In this document: one piece after another, positions 1 to 12,900 of the stretch
Layout of the letters: the number at the start of each line of letters is the position of its first letter
Numbering within the stretch: position 1 is the first letter of the stretch
Assembly: GCA_002633005.1 (NCBI GenBank)
Contig: NMRA01000166.1
Coordinates: 434,001 to 498,000, forward strand
Length of the DNA: 64,000 bases
DNA from: Phoronis australis
Taxonomy: Eukaryota > Animalia > Phoronida
Direction of reading: 5' to 3'
The notes under the pieces: generated by a model
The model's input: only the letters and a program-made list of their open reading frames with translations
Told to the model about the DNA's origin: nothing
Database searches by the model: none
Position numbers and translations under genes: made by a program

Positions 1-54
1 AAGACTGTATCGTAAGTTTAAGCTACCAATTTTCAACTAAATTTCCTAAATCTA

Positions 55-200
55 CTGTGTATTTGTGGACTTGTGAAAACACCGATTTTCCTTTCTTATG
101 CTGTTTTACTTTCATCACTAAGTCACCCTTTGACTTTGATACAAACCGAGAGTGAACTCGACGTTGAATTCTCAATATTATCGAAAATAAATAGGGATCT
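55..200. repeat. Interspersed repeat fragment, second copy at ~7850-7990
   Basis: Shared blocks (acttgtgaaaaca.cgatt, atacaaa.cgagagtga.ctc..gttgaattctc) in the same orientation. Confidence 0.6.
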
Positions 201-824
201 TTTCATGCAACGCCCATAATTTAGGGACTAAGTCACTATTTATTTTCATTGAATTTAGGGCTCACTTTTTAATAATATTGTTAAAAAATATCAATTTGTT
301 AAACAGGAGCTCATAATAAAGCTGAATTGACATAAAAAGTTTACATCTGTCAGTAAGGAAAGACACAAATAGGCAAAAGATTTAGGGAACTTAGTTGAGT
401 ACATATTTGGCACTGTTTCATGCAACCCGGCATTGTAGTCTCCGAGATCACCAGTGTTGTCCTTCAAAGTTCTATCTGTTCCATCCTCCACCCAAGTTAA
501 CATAATATATAGTTCAACCAACCGTTATCACAAAGGGAGTTAGTTGCAGGAATGTTCATTTTGAGAAGGACCTATCCTCAGCCTATTTGTTTGCACAGCC
601 ACTACAGCACTCGAAAGGCCGCTTTGACCATGAGGGGGTCTATTTGAGTGTTTTCCTGATCAGTAGCTTAGTTTTCTTAAGGGATAGTTCGACACTGATG
701 ACACTGTAAAAGTAACCTGGCTTGTAATGTTAGCTGATGCCTTTTCTACTAGCTCTCCAAATACATAATAGCATCCTTATTTTGACCACCACGCGATCAT
801 AAATGAATGAGGTAAATAACTTAC

Positions 825-917
825 CACTTTTCGACAAATCAGTTGGTTTGTCCCATGTTATTAGTGCCGTAGTACTTGTAAATACAGCTTGGACCAAGGT
901 AGGCTCCGACGTTGGTG
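825..917 (-). CDS. ROS1: ROS1-like exon, start of FN3 domain 3 (APTSEPTLVQAVFTSTTALITWDKPTDLSKSG)
   Basis: Acceptor atttttctag, donor GTG|GTAAGT, phase 1 to 1. Confidence 0.88.
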
Positions 918-3900
918 CTAGAAAAATGAGATCATAAAAGTATAATGGAGAACAGACACAGGTCAGTTTTAAGTAACAAGTTGACAATGTCTTCTAAAAA
1001 AGTACTGTCTCTTGAATTCCATTTTCATCCATTATGAACTGGCGCCTAACTAATCCAAAGTACTGTGCTAAAACAAGATTTGTGATAGCAGGTTGACATT
1101 TTCAACCAGCGATATAAAAAGATGGAGACAATTTGTGTGGCTGATAAACATGGAGCCTGTTTCGAAAAAGTGACATGGTTAAGACAAATCTAATTTATCT
1201 GAATCCAGTGTTGAAATAAAACTTAAGATTGTGTTTAAGTTCGTTTTGAGAAAGTGAATTTAAGTTGTCGCAAGTTTCCCTCTTCAAGCTACTGGTGCCT
1301 TACTCATGGTGAAGGGATTTTTGTTTTTCAAAAATTGACAGTTCATTATTCGTCGAGTCGTGCTCCCGGAATAATGTGACACGCCGTAATAAGTCAATTT
1401 GAAAAGCCTGGTATCAAGCAATAACAAATGTCAGGTTTTTTCCAAGCCCTGAAATTACACATATTTTGAGTGAGGAACAATTTGACAGCAATATCATAAT
1501 GGTAAGTAGCCTCGATAAAAAATTGTTTTGTAGCGGCACTCGGGCGGGTTCATAGTAGCGGTACTCGGGCGAGTTCATAGTAGCGGCACTCGGGCGGGTT
1601 CATAGCTGCTGAAAGATTTGTATCAAATCCGTCTTAGCAACGTTTTCTGCACACAACTTGGCGAAAGCACAACCGCCAGGGATGTACCAATGAAAATTTG
1701 CAAAGGATCCAAAACTTTGCACGGTTGAAGTCTAAGACTTTGCGGATTTATTTTCGGATTTGATGTTTTCGTTTTCCAGAACGCTTTCTCCGAACATCCG
1801 CCTCGAGATTGTCTGCGGTACAAGTGCTGGAGACGTAAACATCCATACCTAATCATGCAGTTACTACGTATACAATATATACCACACATAGACATAAGAC
1901 GAATCTTAGATTTAAGACCAAAATGAAGCCAAATAGTTTCTTGGATAGGGCTCCCGGTTTAACTACGTTTTAGGTAGTGCTTAGCTATTAAGTACAAATG
2001 GGTAACCTGGTATTGGCTGCGCATCCAAGTGGACTATTGTAATTCCAGAGTACCACCGGTTTTTTAATGTCACGTAGGATCTACGATATTTATTTGTAGA
2101 GAAGTCAAACTCTTCGCTCATGATCCTTGTCCCGTTCATCCAATACAGTTGGCGACCTCTCTTGGCAATGTTGTAGACTTTTGAAGACTTTTCGCCTGCG
2201 CATAAACCGTAACATTCCCGCTGGTCTGACCCATCTGTATCCATGATTCGAAAACAATTGTTAGAATCGTTCGCAAAATAGATACTGTGCTCTAGATAGT
2301 CGACAACAAAAGAGTAGACGTTGTCAAGAGACAAAACTAATTCTGGTTCCTTTGTGAAACTGAATGCGAGATCCACACGATAAATTCCTTTGCTTGGGGT
2401 CGACCAGAAAAGATATCTGCAAAACAAATTAACACCGAGACATTTTTATTACTTTCTATTCACGTATTACCCCAGTGTGTCGTTTAAAAGGATACTGAAT
2501 CCGGAATTTGACTGTTAACGGACATTAAAGGCGAAGGCAACCTTTTTCCATGTCATTTTGAGCTAAAATAAGGTTGGTTGGTTATCCTAGACATATTTTC
2601 CACTTAATTAGAGCTTTTCATAATTTTATAGATTACTCGTCCGCTACTCCGGAAGCGACGTTTTAGGAGGCAAGCGTTTCCCGCCACTTGGTTTTGCGTT
2701 GACTTTACCGTGCGAATCTGTTCTATTCTACTTTTGTTTTGTGCTGTTTTTCAACAATTGTCGCCACCACTTTCCATCGGCGAGTCTTCTGCGGCAAGAT
2801 AGGTTAGTAGAGAACTCAACTACGTTGGATTTAGGGATTNNNNNNNNNNNNNNNNNNNNNNNNNNNNNNNNNNNNNNNNNNNNNNNNNNNNNNNNNNNNN
2901 NNNNNNNNNNNNNNNNNNNNNNNNNNNNNNNNNNNNNNNNNNNNNNNNNNNNNNNNNNNNNNNNNNNNNNNNNNNNNNNNNNNNNNNNNNNNNNNNNNNN
3001 NNNNNNNNNNNNNNNNNNNNNNNNNNNNNNNNNNNNNNNNNNNNNNNNNNNNNNNNNNNNNNNNNNNNNNNNNNNNNNNNNNNNNNNNNNNNNNNNNNNN
3101 NNNNNNNNNNNNNNNNNNNNNNNNNNNNNNNNNNNNNNNNNNNNNNNNNNNNNNNNNNNNNNNNNNNNNNNNNNNNNNNNNNNNNNNNNNNNNNNNNNNN
3201 NNNNNNNNNNNNNNNNNNNNNNNNNNNNNNNNNNNNNNNNNNNNNNNNNNNNNNNNNNNNNNNNNNNNNNNNNNNNNNNNNNNNNNNNNNNNNNNNNNNN
3301 NNNNNNNNNNNNNNNNNNNNNNNNNNNNNNNNNNNNNNNNNNNNNNNNNNNNNNNNNNNNNNNNNNNNNNNNNNNNNNNNNNNNNNNNNNNNNNNNNNNN
3401 NNNNNNNNNNNNNNNNNNNNNNNNNNNNNNNNNNNNNNNNNNNNNNNNNNNNNNNNNNNNNNNNNNNNNNNNNNNNNNNNNNNNNNNNNNNNNNNNNNNN
3501 NNNNNNNNNNNNNNNNNNNNNNNNNNNNNNNNNGTGTCATCCATCGGAAAGCGATGCAAAGGTACTCCCAAAGCGCGCGTGAGCCGATAATTAGTATATC
3601 CTGGTACGCAGCAACAGTGTGGCATATTGACTGACTAGTAAATGAAAGCAAACGACGACGGAACTTAACACAACCGAGGTAGAACAATGACTGATTCGGC
3701 AGCTCTCACAGTCAGACTATATGAAAAGAAATTGGCGCGAAATGCTTACCTCCTAAAACGTCACTTCCGGAAGAGCGGACGAGTAATTAATAAAATTACG
3801 AAAAGCTGTAATTAAGTGGGAAATATGTCTAGGATAACCAACCAACCTTATTTTAGCTCAAAATGACATGGAAAAAGGTTGCCTTCGCCTTTAATGCCGA

Positions 3901-6900
3901 CTTTTAAATCGTTGAAACAAAACAATGGTCTGCAGACCTTCATCAATCCTTAAAGGTTTGATCCATGTTCCATAACTCCTTGTACATGTATAATATGCTG
4001 AGTACAACAGTGACTAACGGTGCGGGCCACTTAATGGACGACTTTGCCATTAGATAACACAGTGAGGACAGTTTCAAGTGAACAATGCTTTTATGTTTCC
4101 GGGAAGGAAACCAGCAAGTGATAGAAGCAATTTTGGTTAAAATGAAAAAAACATAGTTTAGTAGCGTTTTATGGTTTTATAAGAAAGTTGTTCAAACGTG
4201 GCTTGTCTGAGAACCAACCGATTGACGCCATTACTCAAAAGTTTAATTTTCAAAATTGCTGCCAGGCTATGAGGTGTATTGCTAAGAGCGATTTAGCCAA
4301 AACGGATATTCATATACTTACCCATTTACAGGGTCAGCGACCAAGCAGGCGGGGAGTGATGTTAAATTGTTGACGATATCCAGGCACAAATCCTCCGAAC
4401 TACAGCGAACTATCTGGAAACAAGTTTATCGGAGGTCATTGGAGATTTTTGTTGTATGCATAACTCAGATCCTAAGGAGTGTCAAAATTGATGGGGAAGG
4501 GGCACATAAGCTGACAGGGTGAGAAAAGTTGAAAAGAATTCTAAAGTCCACAATACAACGTAGGCCTGTATGATGAAATATCTCAAAAAATTATAGGGGA
4601 CACAATTCCTACTGCCATGCAAGTCAAAATTCTTCGAGGAAAGTGCCAACAGTGACCGGAAGACATTTGAGGAGTAGGATCGTAGCAAATGTAACGTAGC
4701 ACAAGTTACCATGCGAGCTCAAGCGCGCACTAATTGACTGTCGGGTTGTGCTGAACAGGATGTCCACTCGCCCAACTAGTCGAAATTCTCTAATTAATTC
4801 ATCTTACCGAGTTGCCTTCCACTATGTACAGCACGTGAAAGAGCCAATCGTAGCTAAGAGCTGTTGCATTCTGTGATGAGTTTCTTACAATTAATGTTGT
4901 AAGACTAAACATGTTCATTTTCTGGACCAGTCCATCAGAGTTCGAGAAATACACGTTTTCATTGTGAGCGTCCGATGTCATGCCTGCAGGAGACAAATAA
5001 GTAACTTTGATGTTGTATCGAATGCTACATTGGTAGGTCCAAAATGCCCAACTTCAAGGTACTTTAAAATATGAGCGAAGCAATTTATTATGTCAAAAAT
5101 AGCACATTTGAGCTCCATTTCAACCACGGTATACTACAACTGTAGAAAACACTGAAAAAGTGTTATCTTGCTTTAAGTCACCACTCGATTTTATATTTAG
5201 ATCAAAATACTCGACACCCCGCCTTTGCGTGAAACGGGATGTCCCAGAGTATAGGCCATGCTTGTAAACAACGTCCAGTATAACTATAAACTAATTTTGA
5301 TACATACAAATCATCATTGACAACAACTTCTCAAAGTAATTATCTCTCAAACAAAAACATACAAAATCCTAATTCAAACAAGATGGGGAAGTTATGACAA
5401 GTCAGGCGTCGCTTAAACAGCACAGTTGGTGGAGAAGCGAATCGTTTTCAGCATAAGAAATGAGCAACCGATATACCCAAAAAAGCAAGACAATTAATAG
5501 ACTTATTGTTGAAAATACAATAGAACCATCAGCAAACTAAGTTAATCAATTTATCTAAATTTGGTGATTTCAATGAAAGCGTCGCTGAGCAGCAGCTAGT
5601 GGTCAAATACACGAAGTAAATATATGTGCCACGGAATATAGACTAGCCTTGTATAACAGCTGAGTTGTTGACGTAGATGACTTCCGGGTTGTCCAGAATG
5701 TCGGTTAATTTGTGTCGCAGAATTCTGTGACGGGAATAGAACACGAGATATCCCTTTGCCTGGTTACCTGCGATTACATGAAGTGAATATGAAATATCTA
5801 TTCATTACTCAAACTAAAGTTCAGTAATGCGTTTGGCATGCAACTGAATTTCAAAGTGCCACCACTCACGAAAACATATCAATTATTTAAAAGGCATTCT
5901 CAACTGGTTCTAGCCTAGGAACACTTATTGATAAAACAAGCTCATATAAATCTTTGATACAAATTAATTCCGTTTAACCTTCGACAGCCCTCATAGTTTA
6001 GGACTAAGTTTGAAAGCTCCGATCAAAAATTTGGTAAATCAGCAAATGTGCCTAACGTTTTTGGCATGATAATTGACGGCTAAGGAGACAGGCTGCCCAG
6101 CTCGAACCACAGGATACTCTTGGTGGAAAAGTAAGGCTGTGTTTCAGGTGAATAATACCTTATCTCGAAGGGAAGACACATACTGTTCCGATAGGAGGCG
6201 ACAAAACCAGTTTTTTGTGAACTCACCAAACCAAGCAGGGTTTACTATCATTTTAGAGTTTGCCCTATTACCTTACTACAGGATCAAGGCAATGTGGTAA
6301 AGCTGAGACACAATGTTAAACTTCATAGGTAGAAAACTTACCAGGAAGTCAGCTGGGTTTTTGTGTAAAATTTGTGTCATATTTGTCGTTTCAGTCAATC
6401 CTATTATCACTAAAATTAGCTCTATGATAGCTTTTGTAATATGACACATTGGAGATAAAACTGGTGGCAAATCTTAAGTATACCGTTAACGGTGTCACTT
6501 ATCAAATAACAATGTGTGCTACGCAAATAATTTACAATTTTCAGAAAATGCACATTTATATAATTAGTTAGAGAAATTGTTATGAGCAAACGTACAGCAC
6601 TGTAAAGCGAATAACTGGAGAACGTTTACAAAAATAATAAAAGTACCTTGGATTTCAGGTAACGTGCTTATATTGCGAGCCACAGATGGTCCTTCCCCGA
6701 AGCGGTTTACGCTGGAAATTGTAACTTGGTATAACGTATTTGCTAAAAGTGACCCAAACCTGAAATAGAAGTGCATATCTAAGCTGTCATATTTCCTTTG
6801 TCGTTTTATACAGTCTTCATTTTACAACCTGCTTTTTCCAGGAGCTGTATTAAACAATTATTTACTGTCACCGAGGTCATTTTCACATTTTTGGTTCCTG

Positions 6901-9900
6901 AAAAACCAATATAGTGAACGATTGTGAAAGCCATTAATTGCATTATCATAGCGAGCCACAGCTTCCCCAGTGGTTATACGTAAGGAGGTTGCAATTGTTA
7001 CTAGACCTAAATCACTGGGTTGGCTGGTGCACCAGGAAGAAAAAGCTTCTGCTAATGGAAAAATTAGAGGCGATTGGTCATTCTATGAAAAAAGAGAAAT
7101 AACCGAGGACTAGACTTTTGACGACTAGATTTTTGGTCTAAATAGGCCTTGTTGTTTTTTCAGACATCCAACTGTACCTGATGGAATGTAAAGATAGAGT
7201 TGTCAAATTTCGTGCGAAATTTGTCACTATATGGCAGCCGTGACTTACCCCGCGCCGAACTTGGAAAAAAACACAACCACGTGATTACAAACAATCAGAC
7301 GTTATTTTGGCTCGCACAGTAGGTTTGTGTGATTATAAAGGATTCGAAAAATATATGATTTCATGGGTTGATGAGTTACATTTTAAAATATGTTTTAAAG
7401 AAGTGTGGCCCTTGGTAGCGAAGGTGTCCAACACGATCACCAACACATTTTGCCCCTGCTGTTGTTGAAAACGCGTTAGTCAACCAAACATACAGTAAAA
7501 GCCTACCGTAATTGTAAATGAGTGTTATGCATAGCTTAAAACCATGATTAAAACAGCAATAAAATCCCGGTATCGAATCACAATAAGACCTGGGTTACTT
7601 AACAAACAAATTTAAAAGGAAGAAAATCACGATACCACCGCAGCGGTATACGAAGGCAACAGCGGTCAACAGGGGGCATTGCTGCCTTTGAAATACGAGT
7701 TTATCACTTCATAATCTGTCTAAATCACAAAATGAAATCACTTTACTTTCAAGGGGATTCGACCCAGTTTTAATTCATTGCTGAATTATGAAATGCTCGT
7801 ATTTTTTAATTTGATCTTTCCCTAATACAAATTTGGGGAAAATCTCCATATTTGTCAACTTGTGAAAACATCGATTGTCTTTTTTGTGGTGTTTTAGTAT
7901 TGATACTAAGTTTAGCTTCAATACAAATCGAGAGTGAGCTCTATGTTGAATTCTCTTTATTATAAAAAGTTAATAGCGGTCATTTGAATCTGATAATCCA
8001 TTTTAGAGAAATGACGCACCGAAGTTTGTCAAATCTGGTAATTTTCTAGGGTCTCACATAACCTTAAATTACTCGAAAAATTCTGAATACCTGAAGTACG
8101 TTGTGTTTGCACGAGGTTCAGTTAAGATGGGTCTTGTGTCAATTGTTAGAAATGGTTGGAGGTGAAGACGATAAGCCACAAGTTCGGCATTGACAAAGAC
8201 CGGATGCTCCCAACGGAGTTGAAGAACGGTTGGCGAGGGTGATGTCAGGCTGACGATAGATGGCGAATCCGTTGGCGCTGAAACAAGTACAATGATTGAG
8301 CTGAGAGAGATTGAAATCTTATCACAGGCAAACACAATAAATCGAAAAATTGCTAACCTTATCCCTGTAAAATGTTATAGTAACGCTTGCTAATATATGT
8401 TTTGCTGCGGTGACTTGTAGTATAAGTAGGACGATCGTCCTCAACTTTTGACCCCAAATACTCGTTGCTAACAAAACAGAAAGATTTTTTTTCGAGGACT
8501 TTGGGATCATAACAGTACAGTTTGTAAAAGTTTGTGATAGACATCAAGATCAGCTAGATTCACGTCCAGGAATATGCACCCGAAAAAACAAGTCCGCACT
8601 TTTTCTTGTCTTCAGTTTTCTTTTCTTTTCTTTAAGTCTGCTTGTATATGATGTAAAGTAAGGCGAACAATTCATTTCATGGGTGACAGTCCATGTGAGA
8701 TATGCAAGCGCGACCTCACCAACATCCTAGGGGTCAACACAACACTAGACCACCAGAAGTCACCAACAAAATTGTACACTGTCTAATCGCGTGAAGACGG
8801 ACCTTCCTCATCGTCGGCGCGGTGCTATGGAATAACCACCAGCGCATATAAAGTGCAAAACAATTATACAGGCAATCAGGGTATCTAACTGTTTGAATCG
8901 ACTTCAGAATGTAACTTCAGCAAATGTGAATGAGTAAGGATTCTTTGAATGAAGACTTGGAATCGTGGATATATTGTGTGTGTGGGGTGCCTTTTGTCGT
9001 GTATGGCAGTTTCAGTGAAATATAGGGAACACATCGAGAAAATTTGTGGTAGTTCCTTTGTAGTCGGCTTCCGTCATATCTTGCGGGTTTTGGGACTTCG
9101 CAACTGTAATTATGATGGGCGTAGCTTAACCATGTTTGACGGTACTACTCATTCGACTACGTGCCGTTTACACTACAAAAGTTGACATTGATCAGCTGAC
9201 ACGGAACGAGTTGTTCCAGCGCAAGTGTGTGTGTAAACGGGACTGAACAGGAGCAAATTGATACCGCGGTGTCAACTTTTGCCACCCGTTTGTGAGGTAG
9301 AGCAATTTGCGCTAGAACATCTTGCTCGGTATGTCTAAACGCGTAACTGGGGCAAGGCAGAAATTAGGATCATCTCTACTGCGTGTAATGACCTCAATAC
9401 GGGTTCTTTGTCTCTTCAACTCCCGCGATTTGTAAACCTGCGCATGTGTGATACACTCTCCAGCCTACAATTTCCGTCTTGTCACAGCAAGTGATTTGTG
9501 TGTGTAAACAGACGCTTGACACTGATCAATTTGCTCCGTGTCAGTTGCGCCGGGCCAAAAGTTGTCTAAACGGGGCTAATTGCGACAGAAAATCACCGTT
9601 GGCCAGATTGACTACCGCTCCGCCCACTCAATCACGTGACTATTTTTAGGGACAAACTAAGACAACTGTCGCTAGTACAAAAATGTGTCTAAACAATAGG
9701 CCGAGAAATTTAGGGCAAATTGTTTTGCTCTGTAAGCCGTCTTTACAAATTCAAATACCATTACTGGTCAGAAAATCTTACGTCAATTCGATGAAATTCC
9801 CATGCCTACGTTAAAGTCTTTTCGAGTTGGTAAAGATGTGTTGTTTCGAAGCCAGAGGGCAGGGACTTTCGGTCACCGGACAAAAGCTGGAGACAAAAGT

Positions 9901-12900
9901 GTCCCTTTTTGAAAAGTTGCTCCTAAACTAGAGACTAATTCAGTTGTGATAAAAATTGCTTACTGTAATAAAGTCTTGAATGAATGATTTAACATCGAAA
10001 ATTTTTTCAGGGGGTAATTTTAGCTCTTTTTGCGCAAATTTCGAATAGATTCGCGAACAGCAGACAAAAATCGGCCATTCCAAAACATCCACCTAAGTCT
10101 TACTATGAATGAACTCCTTAAAGTAAGGAATAAGTTATTTCCCAGGCATTGGGTCAAATCTGAGCTTTCTGATCGGTTGCAACGGACGGGTAAAGAGCGC
10201 AATTCCCATGGAATGTGGCAAGCGTGCACGGAGGCTCATAAAGTAGTTGTCAACAGCAAGGCCACCGGGTAATATATCCATGACTATTTTCCAAGAATAT
10301 TCAACGGACAACTTGAACATATTTGCACTTATTAAATAATGGCAAGCATACAGCCTGTAGTTTACCGACGATGTTCAATTCCAATGCTGGTTGCGTAGTC
10401 GACGGCCTGCTTGAAGTAACCCGAGGCATTTTCTCTGGTATCTATAATTGGGTCTGCTGGTTTTGGGAGTGGAATAAACTCTACTCCATCAATTAAATGA
10501 TTAGGATATTTTCCCATCGAAATATTTTAACCATTTTGCCTCGAAATCCACCAATGCTCGCATTTATCTTGCACAGCAAATTGCTTAAGTGGCTGGCAGG
10601 CGTTTGTTTGCATCACGTGACTACACTCGTCCGTACGATTGGTCGGGGACACTACTTCGATTGACTGGTTTGTTGGATCGAGGAATAGCAGGATTAATAC
10701 GACTGTCTATCATGAAAAATAATCACGTCTAAATTAGTCTACTCTATCTAACCCCATCTCTTGCCATCTAACTACTTATTTGGAAATCATACCTCCGTAC
10801 GGCAACGTTTTGATGACTTGAGATAGTGGCGAATAAACGATGTCTGTGTCTGCAGCAACAGCCACAATACGAAACTGAAAAAGAAAATAATGACAAGTTT
10901 GAAGAAACGATGCATGTAAAGAAACGGGACATTAAGCCCATCACAAAACAAGTTGTGCCGAGGAATTAGGTCATTTATCCTTAGAAAACTGGTCTTATTT
11001 TTTTCCTTACTCAGTTTAGAAGTGATATGGGCGAAGAACTCGCTGACAGTTACTTATTTCTTTTAACCAATCAAACTCATGACTGAAAATTTCAGAAATA
11101 ACGAAGTTTCGGTTCGTTTGTGACCCTGAAATCACCTCATATTGGACTAACGCACAATTTGACGAGACCAATTCTATTACGGTAAGTGGCCTAAATCAAA
11201 ACAAGTTTCTTGACAGAAAGCATGCCGCACTGAGTGCCAAATACGTGTTTCGATAGCTTATTTACTTTAAAGTCCTTCTCTCACGCGTTGTTAACCCTTA
11301 TTACATGGTTAGAAGATGGTATAAGGATCCAAGAAGTACCTACCCAATAACTAATACACGATTCGTACTCGAAAAAAAGTTTAAATGAACGCGCCACTCA
11401 CGATTCGCACCCGAAGAACCACCGCCATTTTGAACTTGCCGCGAACCCGGAAGTACAATTCATTCAGGAACCCAGGCTGAGAAAACGCCGTCAGTGCGAC
11501 TGGAGCAGTGCCTGTACTGTTACCAGCCAGCAAACGGGGATAAAATAATCGACAGCGCGCCTTAATTTTAATAAAATCAAACTACGGACAATTTTATGGA
11601 ATTTGCTGAAGAAATGTGGCGAATAAATTTTGCCAAACTCGGGACCGCAGCCTATCGGACCCGGTGCGGATCGAGACCAGACACTGGCGAACGGTAAATG
11701 CATGCGGTTGCAAGCTGTTTTGTCGAAGTAAAATGGTCAAATCATAAATGCTGCATATATTCAAGGGTAGTTTCAGACACTTGGATGAAATTACGGGCTG
11801 GTTAGTCCTGTGTCACACTGCCGCGGCAGACCTTAGTTAGCCTCAGTCACCAGCTACCAGTGAAGACTATCGTCAAAATACAGCTTGTTAGTAGGCCTAT
11901 ACAGCTTTGCGCCAAGGTTACCCTCAGGCCTAACTGGTCGCTGGCCACAGCGCTCGCTCAAACGAGGTTTATTTAGAACTTGGGTACTTCTGGCGAACTA
12001 TGCAAAGTTGTTGGCTTTCAATAGAGATTTTCAGACTTTGTATGAGCGCACCAAGCCTAAAAGAATGTAAGTAACTTAAAATGCACAATACTTTACAACA
12101 TTTAGCATTACAAACACTATTCAACAGGAACAGTTTCCATGATATGAAAGTGGACATACATGTAACTATTACCATGGTGACGGAATAGTGTTTTCTTACA
12201 CCAGAATTTGACAAGCATCATTTAAAAAAATATGAAGTTGCAAGGAACAAGAATAAGAGGCTTGAAGGTTCACAATCCAACATAGCTTATTTCTCAAATT
12301 AAGATTATTCATATTGTTGACTTGATAACCTGAAATAATTCGAATATCTCTTATATTTTTGCACAAAAATACACCAAAATTGATCAAAGTTTCTTTTTTG
12401 TAGCAACGTATGTCAAAATGTATCAAAGTTAAATCTTCACAAATTACAAAGTAGCCGATTGAACATGCCTTTCAGTTCAACAAAAGTCGCCATGTTGTTG
12501 GTGCCGCCAGAAATGAGACGAAGTCCAACGGTAATTGTGAGCACATTTATCACTTAATGAGTAACAACTGCGAGGCTGAAATTTGGTGAACACTGTTAAA
12601 TCGTGCAGAATAGTAAGTAAAGATATGTCTAACTAAATTTCACCGTAATTTGTTGGTGAAAACAATTTACACAAAGTTTTAAACTCGTAACTTATCCCGC
12701 TGTCCTCCAATATGGCCGACGCGATCCAAGCAAAGTGACCAAAATTTCGCCACAAAACTTGCAATAACTTTACAGTGCTTGCCCCGATTTTGATACTTTT
12801 TCGATTTTTACTGAGTAGAATGTACTAGCTTTCCGATGATAGCAAAGTGCTTTTTCAAAACGAGGAAAAAATAAAACCGAAAAAAATTGGTTCGACCCAT

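Noticed and set aside
291-521. 76-aa minus ORF as the next ROS1 exon
   Set aside because: No convincing phase-1 acceptor or FN3 continuation motif.
1531-1605. 25-bp repeats as a possible CRISPR array
   Set aside because: Units are contiguous with no unique spacers, no cas genes are present, and the context is a eukaryotic intron.
2699-3687. Long ORFs of 264-319 aa in the ORF track
   Set aside because: Artefacts of translating through the N gap; only the THAP start at 3625 is real sequence.
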